Shown one piece after another: positions 35,806-45,377 of a stretch of DNA of 45,377 bases (position 1 is its first letter; each line of letters starts with the position of its first letter). The notes below the pieces were generated by a model. It was not told the origin of the DNA, searched no databases, and worked only from the letters and a program-made list of their open reading frames with translations. The translations under genes were made by a program, and so were the position numbers. The DNA comes from an uncultured bacterium. Its GTDB lineage: Bacteria > Pseudomonadota > Alphaproteobacteria > Sphingomonadales > Sphingomonadaceae. The stretch spans positions 1-45,377 of the forward strand of contig CBHWED010000001.1 of the NCBI GenBank assembly GCA_966112795.1, read 5' to 3'.

Positions 35806-36543
35806 CTATCCGCGCTGCGCCGCGATCAGGAACTCGACGTTGCCCTCGGTGCCCTTGATCGGGCTTTCGGCGATGCCGAGCACGCGCCAGCCGTCACCCT
35901 CGAGCCAGCCGCGCACTTCGTCGCACACCCGGGCATGAAGCGCGGGATCGCGGACGATGCCGCCCTTGCCGACCTCGTCGCGGCCGACCTCGAACTGCGG
36001 CTTGATCAGCGCGACCAGGGTGCAGCGCGGCTCTGCCAGGATCAGCGGGACCTCGAGCACTTTGGCGAGGCCGATGAACGAGGCGTCGCAGACCACCCAG
36101 TCGCACGGACGATCGATCTGCTGCGCGGTCAGCGCGCGGGCGTTGGTCTGCTCGAGCACGGTGACGCGCGGGTCCTGGCGCAGCTTCCAGGCGAGTTGGT
36201 TGGTGCCGACGTCGACCGCGAAGACATGCGCCGCACCGTGGGCGAGCAGGACTTCGGTGAAGCCGCCGGTCGAGCTGCCGATGTCCATCGCCACGGCGCC
36301 TTTGGGATCGAGGCCGAAGTGGTCGATCGCGCCGTCGAGCTTGACCCCGCCGCGGCCGACCCAGGGGTGGTCGCGGCCGCGCACCTCGAGCGCTGCGTCG
36401 GCGCGGACCTGCTGGCCCGGCTTGTCGACACGCGCTTCCCCGGCGAAGACCAGCCCGGCCATCACCAGCGCTTGCGCGCGAGCGCGGCTTTCCGCTAGCC
36501 CGCGCTCCACGAGCAGCTGGTCGATCCGTCTTTTCTCCGCCAT
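35806..36543 (-). CDS. tlyA: TlyA family rRNA methyltransferase
   Basis: S4 domain 'RIDQLLV.RGL.ESR..AQAL..AG.V', RGG.KL, DIGSSTGGFT, VDVG.NQL, DASFI.L, LIKPQFE, SPI.G.EGN.EFL. Confidence 0.94.
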   Translation of the reverse strand: MAEKRRIDQLLVERGLAESRARAQALVMAGLVFAGEARVDKPGQQVRADAALEVRGRDHPWVGRGGVKLDGAIDHFGLDPKGAVAMDIGSSTGGFTEVLLAHGAAHVFAVDVGTNQLAWKLRQDPRVTVLEQTNARALTAQQIDRPCDWVVCDASFIGLAKVLEVPLILAEPRCTLVALIKPQFEVGRDEVGKGGIVRDPALHARVCDEVRGWLEGDGWRVLGIAESPIKGTEGNVEFLIAAQRG

Positions 36544-36628
36544 CCCGGACCGATACGGCGGGGGAACGGGGCAGGCCAGCGCTTGTTGCTTGCCCGACGG
36601 TCCTTTCCCGCAACAGGAGCCTTGTCCG

Positions 36629-37132
36629 ATGCGTCTTCGCCTTGCCCTGCCGCTTCTTCCCGTTGCGCTCGCGGCCTGCTCGCAACAGTCGGACGAGGCC
36701 ACGCCGAGTCCTTCGCCGACGCTGACCACGCAGGCGTTGCCGACGCAGGCGCCCGACGGAACCCCGCTCGCCGCGGGCGAATGGCTGGTCGGCGAGACCG
36801 GCGGCGGTGCGAGCGCTACGTTCCACGAGCAGGGCGGCGCCGACGCGCTCGTGCTCGCCTGCGATCGCGCCAACCGCGCGCTGAGCCTCAGCCGTGCCGG
36901 CACCACGGCCCAGCCGGCACGCTTCCGCATCACCATCGGCGCACAGAAGGCCGACGTGATGATGTCGCCCGGCGGCGCGCTCGGGCTGACCGCCCAGGTC
37001 GACGGGACGCAGCCGATCTTCGCCGCGTTCGCCGATCCCGCCGCGGTGATCGAGCTGACCGGTGCCGGCGCGGCGCCGCTGCGCGTGCCCGGCCATCCGG
37101 GCATCAGCCGGGTGTTCGCCGCATGCAGCTGA
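36629..37132 (+). CDS. Lipoprotein of unknown function
   Basis: AGGAG RBS; LAAC lipobox; Pro/Ser/Thr linker; G.W...L.C... domain ending RVFAACS. Confidence 0.8.
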   Translation: MRLRLALPLLPVALAACSQQSDEATPSPSPTLTTQALPTQAPDGTPLAAGEWLVGETGGGASATFHEQGGADALVLACDRANRALSLSRAGTTAQPARFRITIGAQKADVMMSPGGALGLTAQVDGTQPIFAAFADPAAVIELTGAGAAPLRVPGHPGISRVFAACS

Positions 37133-37653
37133 CCGTGCGAGCCTTGCTGACGGGCGCGGGCTTCCTCGCGCTTGCGGCGTGCGTACCCACGCCTGCCCCC
37201 ACCCCGACGCCGACGCCGGCCCCGGCTCCGGCGCCTGCGCCGAGGCCCGCGCCGGCTCCCGCGCCCGCACCGCCGCCGTTCGCCGGCAACTGGATCGATG
37301 CGCCGGTCACGCCGGGCGACTGGAGCTATGCTTCGGGGACGGCGACGTTCGCCGGGCCGGACGGCGGCGTGCTGCTGACCTTGCGCTGCGCCGCGGGCAC
37401 GATCGCGCTCACGCGTGCCGGCGTCGGCAACGAGTTCGCGCCGACTCTGGTCGTCCGCAGCGAATTCGGAGCGCGCTCGCTGAGTCTGACCGCGACCCCC
37501 GGATCGACCGCGGCATCGCTGGCGGCGAGCGATCCGCTGCTCGACGCGATCGCGTTCTCTAAGGGGCGTTTCGCGGTGGAAAGCGCGGGCCTGCCGACAC
37601 TTTACGTGCCCCCCTACCCCGAGCTCACCCGGGTGATCGAAGACTGCCGCTGA
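37123..37653 (+). CDS. Lipoprotein of unknown function, paralogue of upstream gene
   Basis: LAAC lipobox, (PT)n(PA)n linker, 'TPGDW.Y ... L.LRC ... D.LLDAIAFS.GRF.V ... P.PEL.RVIEDCR'. Confidence 0.82.
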   Translation: MQLTVRALLTGAGFLALAACVPTPAPTPTPTPAPAPAPAPRPAPAPAPAPPPFAGNWIDAPVTPGDWSYASGTATFAGPDGGVLLTLRCAAGTIALTRAGVGNEFAPTLVVRSEFGARSLSLTATPGSTAASLAASDPLLDAIAFSKGRFAVESAGLPTLYVPPYPELTRVIEDCR

Positions 37654-37717
37654 CGGAGACCCGCGCGACGCGGGGCGAAGTGTGGGATTCTGACGGGGAA
37701 AAACAGAAATTCAAGTC

Positions 37718-37746
37718 TTGCGTTAACGACTCGCGTGACTCACATT
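37718..37746 (+). promoter_or_regulatory. Putative sigma70-type promoter
   Basis: TTGCGT (37718-37723), 17-nt spacer, CACATT (37741-37746), preceded by an A-rich tract (GAAAAACAGAAATT). Confidence 0.55.
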
Positions 37747-37828
37747 CCAGGCAGGCCAGCGGTCCACGCCGGCTCGGCTTCGGGTGAAACCGAAGCATGG
37801 CTTCCAAAGCGCGAAAGGAGGTGATCCG

Positions 37829-37885
37829 ATGTCTCATGGTTCAGCAGGGAGGTCGGTGACGACCCTCGCGGAGCATTATCGGTAA
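37829..37885 (+). CDS. Putative 18-aa peptide MSHGSAGRSVTTLAEHYR
   Basis: ATG directly after an extremely long Shine-Dalgarno (37813-37827); TAA at 37883-37885. Confidence 0.5.
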   Translation: MSHGSAGRSVTTLAEHYR

Positions 37886-37941
37886 TCACTTCTATCGCCG
37901 ATAGAGGCTTCGTGGGCGGCTGTACCGGCCGCTGACCATGC

Positions 37942-37982
37942 GGAGGGCGGTTCTCGGGATACCGGGGCCGCCCTTCTCATTT
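37942..37982 (+). terminator. Intrinsic terminator
   Basis: GGAGGGCGGTTCTCGG-gata-CCGGGGCCGCCCTTC stem (with G-U pairs) followed by TCATTT. Confidence 0.65.
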
Positions 37983-38131
37983 GGACAATCCCGGTCTAGG
38001 GCGACGCCAGCCAGTTGAGCGTTGGTTTTGAAAGAGACCGTTTCAACGCTTACCAAATATTACAATTTCTCTTGCGATACTGTAATTTTCTAACTTACAC
38101 CGATATCGCACGAGATAAGGACCAGGATTCG

Positions 38132-39212
<1,081 letters not shown>

Positions 39213-39229
<17 letters not shown>

Positions 39230-39428
39230 TCATCCAGTAATCGGGACCGTCGTCGCCGACACGGCGGATCGTGCAGATCTGCTCGCCGTCCTTCCACAGC
39301 TCGGCCGGGCGATCGTCGGATTCTTGATGTGCAAGAAGCAGGGCACGACCCGGGTCTTCGCCGTGAAACTCGATGCGCTTGTCGGGATCGAGGCCCGCAG
39401 CGCGGTAGATGAGACTATAGTGCGCCAT
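39213..39428 (-). CDS. Small hypothetical protein (71 aa)
   Basis: MAHYSLIY...IEF.GED...AL..A......AELW..G..IC.I; convergent 17-nt overlap with ilvE. Confidence 0.65.
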
Positions 39429-39664
39429 TGAGTGATCCTGGCAGCCGTGATGACGGCAGAATGTGTCGGGATCGCGGTCGGACGCCCCAACATGGATCAC
39501 CCTCGGCCGAGAGCGCGACGAAGCGAGCGGATGACGCGACGAGTTGCAGCCCCGCTCATCGGTTCACCGACCGACATTGGTCTTCCGCAGATCATCGGCC
39601 GCCGAGGATTTGCAGCGCGTGGCGGGCGTGCGATGACGAGTCGCAGACGATGAGGGGTTTCTCG

Positions 39665-41425
39665 ATGCTCAAGCCGATCGCCGCGCTGATATGCGCATTC
39701 GCCGTCTACGCCGCCGCCCCGGCAGCCGCGCAGGAGCAGGCGCCGAGCCAGCCGTGGGTCGAGCGCAGCAATGCGCTGACCCAGCAAGTCATCCAGATGC
39801 AGGCCGAGTTCCAGCCCGAGGGTGCCTCGCAGAGCGGGCTCGAGCAGTACGACGGCAAGGCGATCGATCTCGGGCCGAACCTGTCCGAGCGATTCATCGC
39901 CGCCGAGCAGGCCAAGCTCGCCGAGCTGCGCGTAGCGCTCGGCACGGAGAGCGATCCGAACGTCAAGCAGGACATCGAGATCCTGATCGATTCGCTCGAG
40001 CGCGACATCGAGGGCACCCGGCTCAGCGACCGGCTGATGCTCGACTGGTATGACGTGCCGCAACTGGTGTTCGGCAACCTCAACGCGCTGCTCGACGACC
40101 AGATCGCGCCGGCGCGGCGCGCCAAGGCGGTCGAGCTGCTGCAGCGCTATACCGGGCGCTATCAGGGCACCGTGGCGCTGACGCAGCTCGCGCGCGACCG
40201 CTACGCGGACAGCCGCGGGGCGGGCAAGGTCGGGCCCTACAAGGGCGACGTCGAGGACGCGCTGTCGAAGGTCGACACTTATGTCGCGGGCATCCGCGAG
40301 CTGTTCGCCAAGTACCACGTCGAAGGCGCCGAGCCGGCGCTTGCGGCGATGGAGCGGCAGTTCGCCGACTACTCGGCGTGGACCCGAAGCGAGATCCTGC
40401 CAGTGGCGCGCGACGACTTCCGCCAGCCGCCCGAGATCTACGCGTTCCAGCTCAAGCAGTATGGCATCGACCTGCCGCCCGAGGAGCTCGTCGCGCGGGC
40501 GCGGCGGGCATTCTACGAGACGCGCGCGCAGATGCAGGCGCTGGCGCCGCAGGTCGCAGCCAAGTTCGGGTTCGCCGCGACCGACTATCCGTCGGTGCTC
40601 GCCGAGCTCAAGAAGCGCACGATCCCGAACGAGCAGATGGAAGCGCACTACGCCGAGGTGCTCGGACAGATCCAGCAGATCGCCGCGCGCGAGCGGATCG
40701 TCACGCTGCCCGACTATCCGGTGCTGATGCGGCTCGGCAGCGACGCGGAGAACGCGGCGAGCCCGGCGCCGCACATGAACCCGCCGCGGTTGATCGGCAA
40801 CACCGGCGAGCGCGGCACATTCGTGCTGACCACCGGGGTCTATCCGGGCGCCACCGTGACCGCCAACGACTTCAACTTCGACGCCGCGGCGTGGACGCTG
40901 AGCGTGCACGAAGGGCGGCCCGGGCACGAGCTGCAGTTCGCGCAGATGGTCGAGAACGGCGTCAGCCAGGCGCGCGCGCTCTATGCGTTCAACAGCGTCA
41001 ACGTCGAAGGCTGGGCGCTCTACGCCGAGGCCGAGATGCTGCCTTACGAGCCGGTCGAAGGCCAGCTCATCGCCCTTCAGCACCGGCTGCTGCGGCAGAG
41101 CCGGGCGATGCTCGATCCGATGCTCAACCTCGGCCTGACCGACGTCGCCACCGCGCAGCGCATCCTCGAGGAGGACGGGTTCTCGCCGGCGATGGTCAAG
41201 CAGGAGATCGACCGGTACACCTTCCGCGCGCCGGGACAGGCGGGCAGCTACTTCTACGGCTACACCCAGCTCGCCGACTTGCGCGTGGCGACCGAGCTCG
41301 CGCTCGGCGACAAGTTCGACCGGATGGCGTTCAACGACTTCATCGTCGGCCAGGGGCTGCTGCCGGTGAGCCTGCTCGGCGAGGCGGTGAGGGAGAAGTT
41401 CGTGCCGGCGATGCGGGCGAAGTGA
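39665..41425 (+). CDS. DUF885 family exported protein (putative metallopeptidase)
   Basis: Signal peptide; HEGRPGHELQ, EGWALYAE, EIDRY...PGQA.SY..G. Confidence 0.9.
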   Translation: MLKPIAALICAFAVYAAAPAAAQEQAPSQPWVERSNALTQQVIQMQAEFQPEGASQSGLEQYDGKAIDLGPNLSERFIAAEQAKLAELRVALGTESDPNVKQDIEILIDSLERDIEGTRLSDRLMLDWYDVPQLVFGNLNALLDDQIAPARRAKAVELLQRYTGRYQGTVALTQLARDRYADSRGAGKVGPYKGDVEDALSKVDTYVAGIRELFAKYHVEGAEPALAAMERQFADYSAWTRSEILPVARDDFRQPPEIYAFQLKQYGIDLPPEELVARARRAFYETRAQMQALAPQVAAKFGFAATDYPSVLAELKKRTIPNEQMEAHYAEVLGQIQQIAARERIVTLPDYPVLMRLGSDAENAASPAPHMNPPRLIGNTGERGTFVLTTGVYPGATVTANDFNFDAAAWTLSVHEGRPGHELQFAQMVENGVSQARALYAFNSVNVEGWALYAEAEMLPYEPVEGQLIALQHRLLRQSRAMLDPMLNLGLTDVATAQRILEEDGFSPAMVKQEIDRYTFRAPGQAGSYFYGYTQLADLRVATELALGDKFDRMAFNDFIVGQGLLPVSLLGEAVREKFVPAMRAK

Positions 41426-41429
41426 AGCG

Positions 41430-43334
41430 CTAGTCGGAGTTGCCCGCGGGCCCCTTCCCTTTTTCCGCATACCACCGCGCCAGCACCGCGAATGCCAGCT
41501 TTTCCTCGCCGAGCTCGCTGATCAGGCCCTTGCGGTTCCAGCCGTCCTGCACGCCGCCGAGCTGGCGGCGGGGGGAGCGGAAGTCCTTGAGGATCCACGG
41601 CGACATTCCGTCGAGCGTGGGAATGCGCGCAGCCATCGCCAGCGTGTGGCGGTAATATTCGGCCTGGTATTCCTCGGAGAACTTGTGCGGCTCGGTGCCA
41701 GTCTCGTGGAGACCGTATTTGGCGTCGGCGCCGAGCTCGGACAGGATCAGCGGACGATCGGCGGGAAGGCGCCATTCGAAGCGGGCGAGATCGGCCGGCC
41801 GATCGGGACCGTACCAGCCGTTGTAGGTGTTGACCGCGAGGACATCGACCGCTTCGGCCAGCGGGTCGGCGAGACGCAGCACCGGATGCCCCTCGCTGTC
41901 GTCGCGCTCGGTGAGCAGTGCCGCGGTCACCAGCCGATCGGGATCGAGCGCGCGGACGTCGGCCGCGAGCCGGGCCATGAAGACATTGCGCGCATCGGTT
42001 ACCGGAGTTTCGTTGCCGACGCTCCACAGCGCGATCGCGGCGCGGTTGCGATCGCGCAGGATGTTCTCGGCGAGCATGCGACGCGCGGCGGCGAGCGTGT
42101 CGGGATCGTCCCACGCGATGCGCCAGTAAACCGGCACCTCGCTCCACACGAGCAGGCCGAGCTCGTCGGCCATGCGCACCATGGTTTCGTCGTGCGGATA
42201 GTGGGCGAGGCGGACGAGGTTGCCATGGAGGCCGTTCTTGACCCGCGCGAGCAACGCGCGCGCGGCCTCGGGAGTGATATGGCGCGTGGGATCGGCGCCG
42301 ATCTCCTCCTCGTGCAGGCTGACCCCGCGCAGGAACACGGGCTCGCCATTGAGCAGGATTTGCGATCCCCTGACCGCGACGGTGCGGAAGCCGACACGAT
42401 CGCGCCAGGCGTCCGCACCGGCCGTGGCGGTCACCTCGTAGAGCATGGGATCGTCGGGCGACCAGCGCCTGAGGCTCTCGGGTGGCGGGACTTCGAAATG
42501 CACCCGGCCCGTGCTGTCGGCCGCGGCCCGGGTACGAATGCCGAGCCCGGCGATCGCCAGCTCGACCTCGCGACCGGCGGCTTGCGGCCCGTTGAGCGCG
42601 ACGTCGACGCGAATGTGCCCGGCGGCGTCGAGGCGTGCCCAGGCATCGTCGACATAGGTCTCGGGCACCGCGATCAGGCGGACCGAGCGGGTGATCCCGC
42701 CGTAAGGCTCCCAGTCGGTCACCGGCGGCGGGACGGTGCGGTCGGTGTGGGTCGAGTCCACACTGACCACCAGCCGGTTGCCGCTTTCGCGCAGCAGGCC
42801 GGTGACCTCGAACGCGAACGGCGTGAAGCCGCCCTCGTGCGCGCCGAGGCGATGGCCGTTGAGCCAGGCCTCGGCTGCGTAGTTGGCCGCACCGAAGCGG
42901 ACGAAGTAGCGCATGCCCGGCTGCGGCGCGGCGTCGAACCGGCGCTGGTACCAGACGAGCCCTTGGTAGTGGCGCATCTCGGGCGCGTGGGTCAGCCAGC
43001 TCGCGGGCAACTCGGCCTGAGGGGCAGTGTCCATGTCGTATTCGAACAGCGCCAGCGGATCGGCCGCGCGCGCCCGCCCCACGTCGACATCGTCCCAGCG
43101 CCGGTGTCCGGTTCCGGCCGGATCGCCATGGAAGCCGGCAGCCCCGTCGCGGTAAGGATCGATCGAATAAGTCCAGGTGCCGTCGAGCGGCTGGCCCTCG
43201 CGCAAGTCGGCGGCGGCGAGGATCGGACCTTCGGGGAGGACTTGCGCATGCGCGCCGGCCATGCCGAGAACCGCGAGCGCCAGCGCCAGCAAGGCCTTCG
43301 CAACGACCGTCGCGGCGCCCGCCGGCCGCTTCAC
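41430..43334 (-). CDS. Glycoside hydrolase family 2, beta-glucuronidase-like, exported
   Basis: F.AANY, HEGGFTPF, YGGI.R.V, RLAHYPH, WSVGNE (acid/base), SELGA (nucleophile), WNRKGL (N-x-K glucuronidase motif). GTG start overlaps the upstream stop. Confidence 0.9.
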   Translation of the reverse strand: MKRPAGAATVVAKALLALALAVLGMAGAHAQVLPEGPILAAADLREGQPLDGTWTYSIDPYRDGAAGFHGDPAGTGHRRWDDVDVGRARAADPLALFEYDMDTAPQAELPASWLTHAPEMRHYQGLVWYQRRFDAAPQPGMRYFVRFGAANYAAEAWLNGHRLGAHEGGFTPFAFEVTGLLRESGNRLVVSVDSTHTDRTVPPPVTDWEPYGGITRSVRLIAVPETYVDDAWARLDAAGHIRVDVALNGPQAAGREVELAIAGLGIRTRAAADSTGRVHFEVPPPESLRRWSPDDPMLYEVTATAGADAWRDRVGFRTVAVRGSQILLNGEPVFLRGVSLHEEEIGADPTRHITPEAARALLARVKNGLHGNLVRLAHYPHDETMVRMADELGLLVWSEVPVYWRIAWDDPDTLAAARRMLAENILRDRNRAAIALWSVGNETPVTDARNVFMARLAADVRALDPDRLVTAALLTERDDSEGHPVLRLADPLAEAVDVLAVNTYNGWYGPDRPADLARFEWRLPADRPLILSELGADAKYGLHETGTEPHKFSEEYQAEYYRHTLAMAARIPTLDGMSPWILKDFRSPRRQLGGVQDGWNRKGLISELGEEKLAFAVLARWYAEKGKGPAGNSD

Positions 43335-43753
43335 TCGGGCGGCGCCCTGCGGCCGAGGGTCGTCGCCTCGCGCACGTAGGCGAACTCGCCTGCGCCCGAC
43401 CACGCCTGGCCATCGGGATAGCGCAACTCGATGCCGGCGAGATCGCTCTCGTCGGCCAGCCGCATGTTGACGCCCATCAGCGTGTTGCCGAACTTGGCCG
43501 CCGCGGCCGGCGTCAGCGTGAAGTGGGTGGTCGAGCCGCAGGTGGCGCAGAAGTGGATCTCCGCGTTCGGCTCGTCCTTGTCCTGGCGGCAATAGCGCGT
43601 CGCAGTGCCTTCGACGGCCGCTTCCGATGGATCGAAGTAGGCCCAGCGCGCGCCGGTGGCGCTGCACAGCGAGCAATTGCACTCGTGGACGTACTCGGGC
43701 TGCTTGGAGATGGTGACGCGGATCTGGCCGCAATGGCAGGAGAGGGTCAGCAT
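43331..43753 (-). CDS. GFA/CENP-V family Zn-binding protein
   Basis: CHCG, CNCSLC and FCATCG Cys motifs. Confidence 0.9.
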   Translation of the reverse strand: MLTLSCHCGQIRVTISKQPEYVHECNCSLCSATGARWAYFDPSEAAVEGTATRYCRQDKDEPNAEIHFCATCGSTTHFTLTPAAAAKFGNTLMGVNMRLADESDLAGIELRYPDGQAWSGAGEFAYVREATTLGRRAPPE

Positions 43754-43760
43754 GGGCGCC

Positions 43761-45377
43761 TCATATCGCGGAAGCGCCCCGCCCGACAGCCGCCAGCACG
43801 AGATCGCTGGCGCGCTCGCCGATCATGATCGCGGTGGCGTTGGTGTTGCCCTGCGGGATCGTCGGCATGATCGAGGCGTCGGCGACCCACAGGCTGTCGA
43901 CCCCGCGCAAGCGGCAATCGGGGGCGACGACGGCCAGCGGATCGTCGGGCGCACCCATCCTGGCGGTGCCGACCGGGTGGAACATCGGGATCGTCGCCGC
44001 GCCGACGTAACCGCGCAGCGCCTCGCGGCTGTCGGCCGCGGCGCCGGGGCGGATCTCGGCAGTGACCTCGCCGGCGATCGCCGGCTGGGCCATGATCCGG
44101 CGCGCGATCTCGAGCCCTTCGACGAGTTGCTGCGCGTCGTCCTCGTGACCGAGGAGCTGATGCTCGATCAGCGGCGCGGCGTCGGGATCGCTCGAGCGCA
44201 GCGCAATCCGCCCGCGCGACTGCGGCCGCATTAGCGCGACGAACGTGCTGACCGCGCTGCTCTTGGCCAACGCAAGGTTGCCCTTGGGCGTGATCTCGAA
44301 CGCGAACGCGCTGAAGGCGAGCTGGAGGTTGGGCGCCGGCAGGCCCTCGCGGCTCTTCACGAAGGCCTGGGCATGGCCGATCCCGGTGGTCAGCGCGCCG
44401 CTCCGGGCGAAGGCAAGCGCGAACAGCTGGCGCAGGCCGGCGAGGCCGCGCGCGTCGTCGTTGAGCGTGTGCGCCGAGACCGCGTTGACCAGGTGGCAGC
44501 CCGGGTGCTCCTGCAGGTTCTGCCCGACGCCGGGAAGGTCGCGGATCACCGCAATGCCGTGCTCCTGGAGCTGGCCCGCGGGTCCGATTCCCGAAAGCAT
44601 CAGCAAGCGCGGGGTGTTGAGCGCGCCGGCGCTGAGCACGACACCGGCCCTGGCCGACAGCGTCAGCACCTCGCCGCCGCGACGCAAGGTGACCCCGGTC
44701 GCGCGGCCATCCGCGACCTCGAGCCGCAGCACCTGCGCTTCGGTCAGCACCTCGAGCGTCGCGGGCTTGCGGCGCAAGTAGCCGGCCGCGGTCGAGCAGC
44801 GCAGGCCCGCCCGCTGAGAGAGCTGGATCAGGTCGACGCCTTCGGCGTGCTCGCCGTTGAGGTCGGGCGAGCGCGGGATGCCGGCCTCCTCGGCCGCCGC
44901 GATCCACTCGTCGGTGATCGCATAGCGTGAGCGGACCTCGGACACGTGGATCGGGCCGCCCTCGCCGCGCCAGTCATCGGCGCCGCGCTCGTTGTGCTCG
45001 AGCCGGCGGAAGTACGGGAGAACGCTCGCGTAGTCCCAGCCGGTGGCGCCGAGCGTGGCCCAGTGATCGTAGTCCCACTTGTGGCCGCGGATGAACATCA
45101 TGCCGTTGATCGAGCTGCCGCCGCCGAGCCGCCGGCCCGCGGGCCAGACGTCGGGCCGCCCGCCGACCGACGGGTCGGGCTCGGCGGTGTAGCACCAGTC
45201 GAACCCGGGCTTGTGCACCAGCGCGCTCATCAGCGCCGGAACCGCGAGACGCGGGTCGTGGTGGTCCTTGCCCGCCTCGACCAGCAGCACGCGCAGCCCG
45301 CCTTCAGCGAGCCGCGCGGCACAGGCGAGCCCGGCGGAGCCGCCGCCGACGACAATCAGATCGGGCTCGCCCTTCAC
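43761..45377 (-). CDS. GMC family oxidoreductase (choline dehydrogenase-like)
   Basis: VVGGGSAG (FAD), LGGGSSINGM, SAGAL.TP.LL.LSGIG, GVG.NLQEH, HPVGT.RMG, DAS.MP....GNTNA..I.IGE. GTG start at the window edge. Confidence 0.93.
   Translation of the reverse strand: MKGEPDLIVVGGGSAGLACAARLAEGGLRVLLVEAGKDHHDPRLAVPALMSALVHKPGFDWCYTAEPDPSVGGRPDVWPAGRRLGGGSSINGMMFIRGHKWDYDHWATLGATGWDYASVLPYFRRLEHNERGADDWRGEGGPIHVSEVRSRYAITDEWIAAAEEAGIPRSPDLNGEHAEGVDLIQLSQRAGLRCSTAAGYLRRKPATLEVLTEAQVLRLEVADGRATGVTLRRGGEVLTLSARAGVVLSAGALNTPRLLMLSGIGPAGQLQEHGIAVIRDLPGVGQNLQEHPGCHLVNAVSAHTLNDDARGLAGLRQLFALAFARSGALTTGIGHAQAFVKSREGLPAPNLQLAFSAFAFEITPKGNLALAKSSAVSTFVALMRPQSRGRIALRSSDPDAAPLIEHQLLGHEDDAQQLVEGLEIARRIMAQPAIAGEVTAEIRPGAAADSREALRGYVGAATIPMFHPVGTARMGAPDDPLAVVAPDCRLRGVDSLWVADASIMPTIPQGNTNATAIMIGERASDLVLAAVGRGASAI

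Larger units (their letters stand above)
37752..37982 (+). ncRNA. Putative structured small RNA / dual-function RNA
   Basis: Bounded by a promoter and a terminator. Hairpins GCTTCGG-gtgaaa-CCGAAGC, CTATCG/CGATAG and GCGGC/GCCGC. Contains GAAAGGAGGTGATCC. Family not identified. Confidence 0.6.

Noticed and set aside
37185-37280. Tandem hexamer-like repeats (also 9725-9790) as CRISPR/VNTR
   Set aside because: They simply encode Pro-Thr/Pro-Ala linkers; there is no repeat-spacer structure and no cas genes.
37813-37827. Possible 16S rRNA gene fragment on the minus strand
   Set aside because: The match is limited to the 15-nt tail; flanks do not continue as 16S (no CAGCCGCAGGTTCCCCTACGG). Treated as an extended SD instead.
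37829-37982. Classical attenuator leader peptide for ilvE
   Set aside because: The peptide has only one Leu, one Val and no Ile run. The terminator is ~150 nt upstream of ilvE, with a separate AT-rich promoter-like region in between.

Overview
GC-rich alphaproteobacterial chromosomal window, most likely Sphingomonadales/Erythrobacteraceae (inferred from gene content and style). It is densely coding, with about 42 real CDSs; most other ORFs in the track are high-GC shadow frames. Housekeeping genes include metZ, leuB, recO, tlyA, tspO, ubiK-like, apaG and ilvE. Transporters include GltS, SLC13/TrkA-C, LctP and SulP family members. Exported enzymes include an M16 peptidase, a DUF885 protein, a GH2 glucuronidase, a sorbosone dehydrogenase and an SGNH esterase lipoprotein; there is also an RTX protein. 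No rRNA, tRNA, CRISPR array, integrase or transposase was seen. Most notable: (1) an unannotated ~230-nt transcription unit at 37718-37982 with its own promoter and terminator, a 15-nt perfect complement of the 16S rRNA 3' end and an 18-codon ORF; (2) a PMT/GT39-type glycosyltransferase converging on a polyprenol-P-sugar synthase-GtrA fusion, with several Pro/Thr/Ser-linker lipoproteins nearby (candidate protein O-mannosylation-like system); (3) an HpxW-like amidohydrolase in an operon with a lactate permease; (4) a family of REP-like palindromic intergenic repeats; (5) a perfect 9-1-9 palindrome (Fur-like box). All protein calls come from motif recognition by eye, not database searches.
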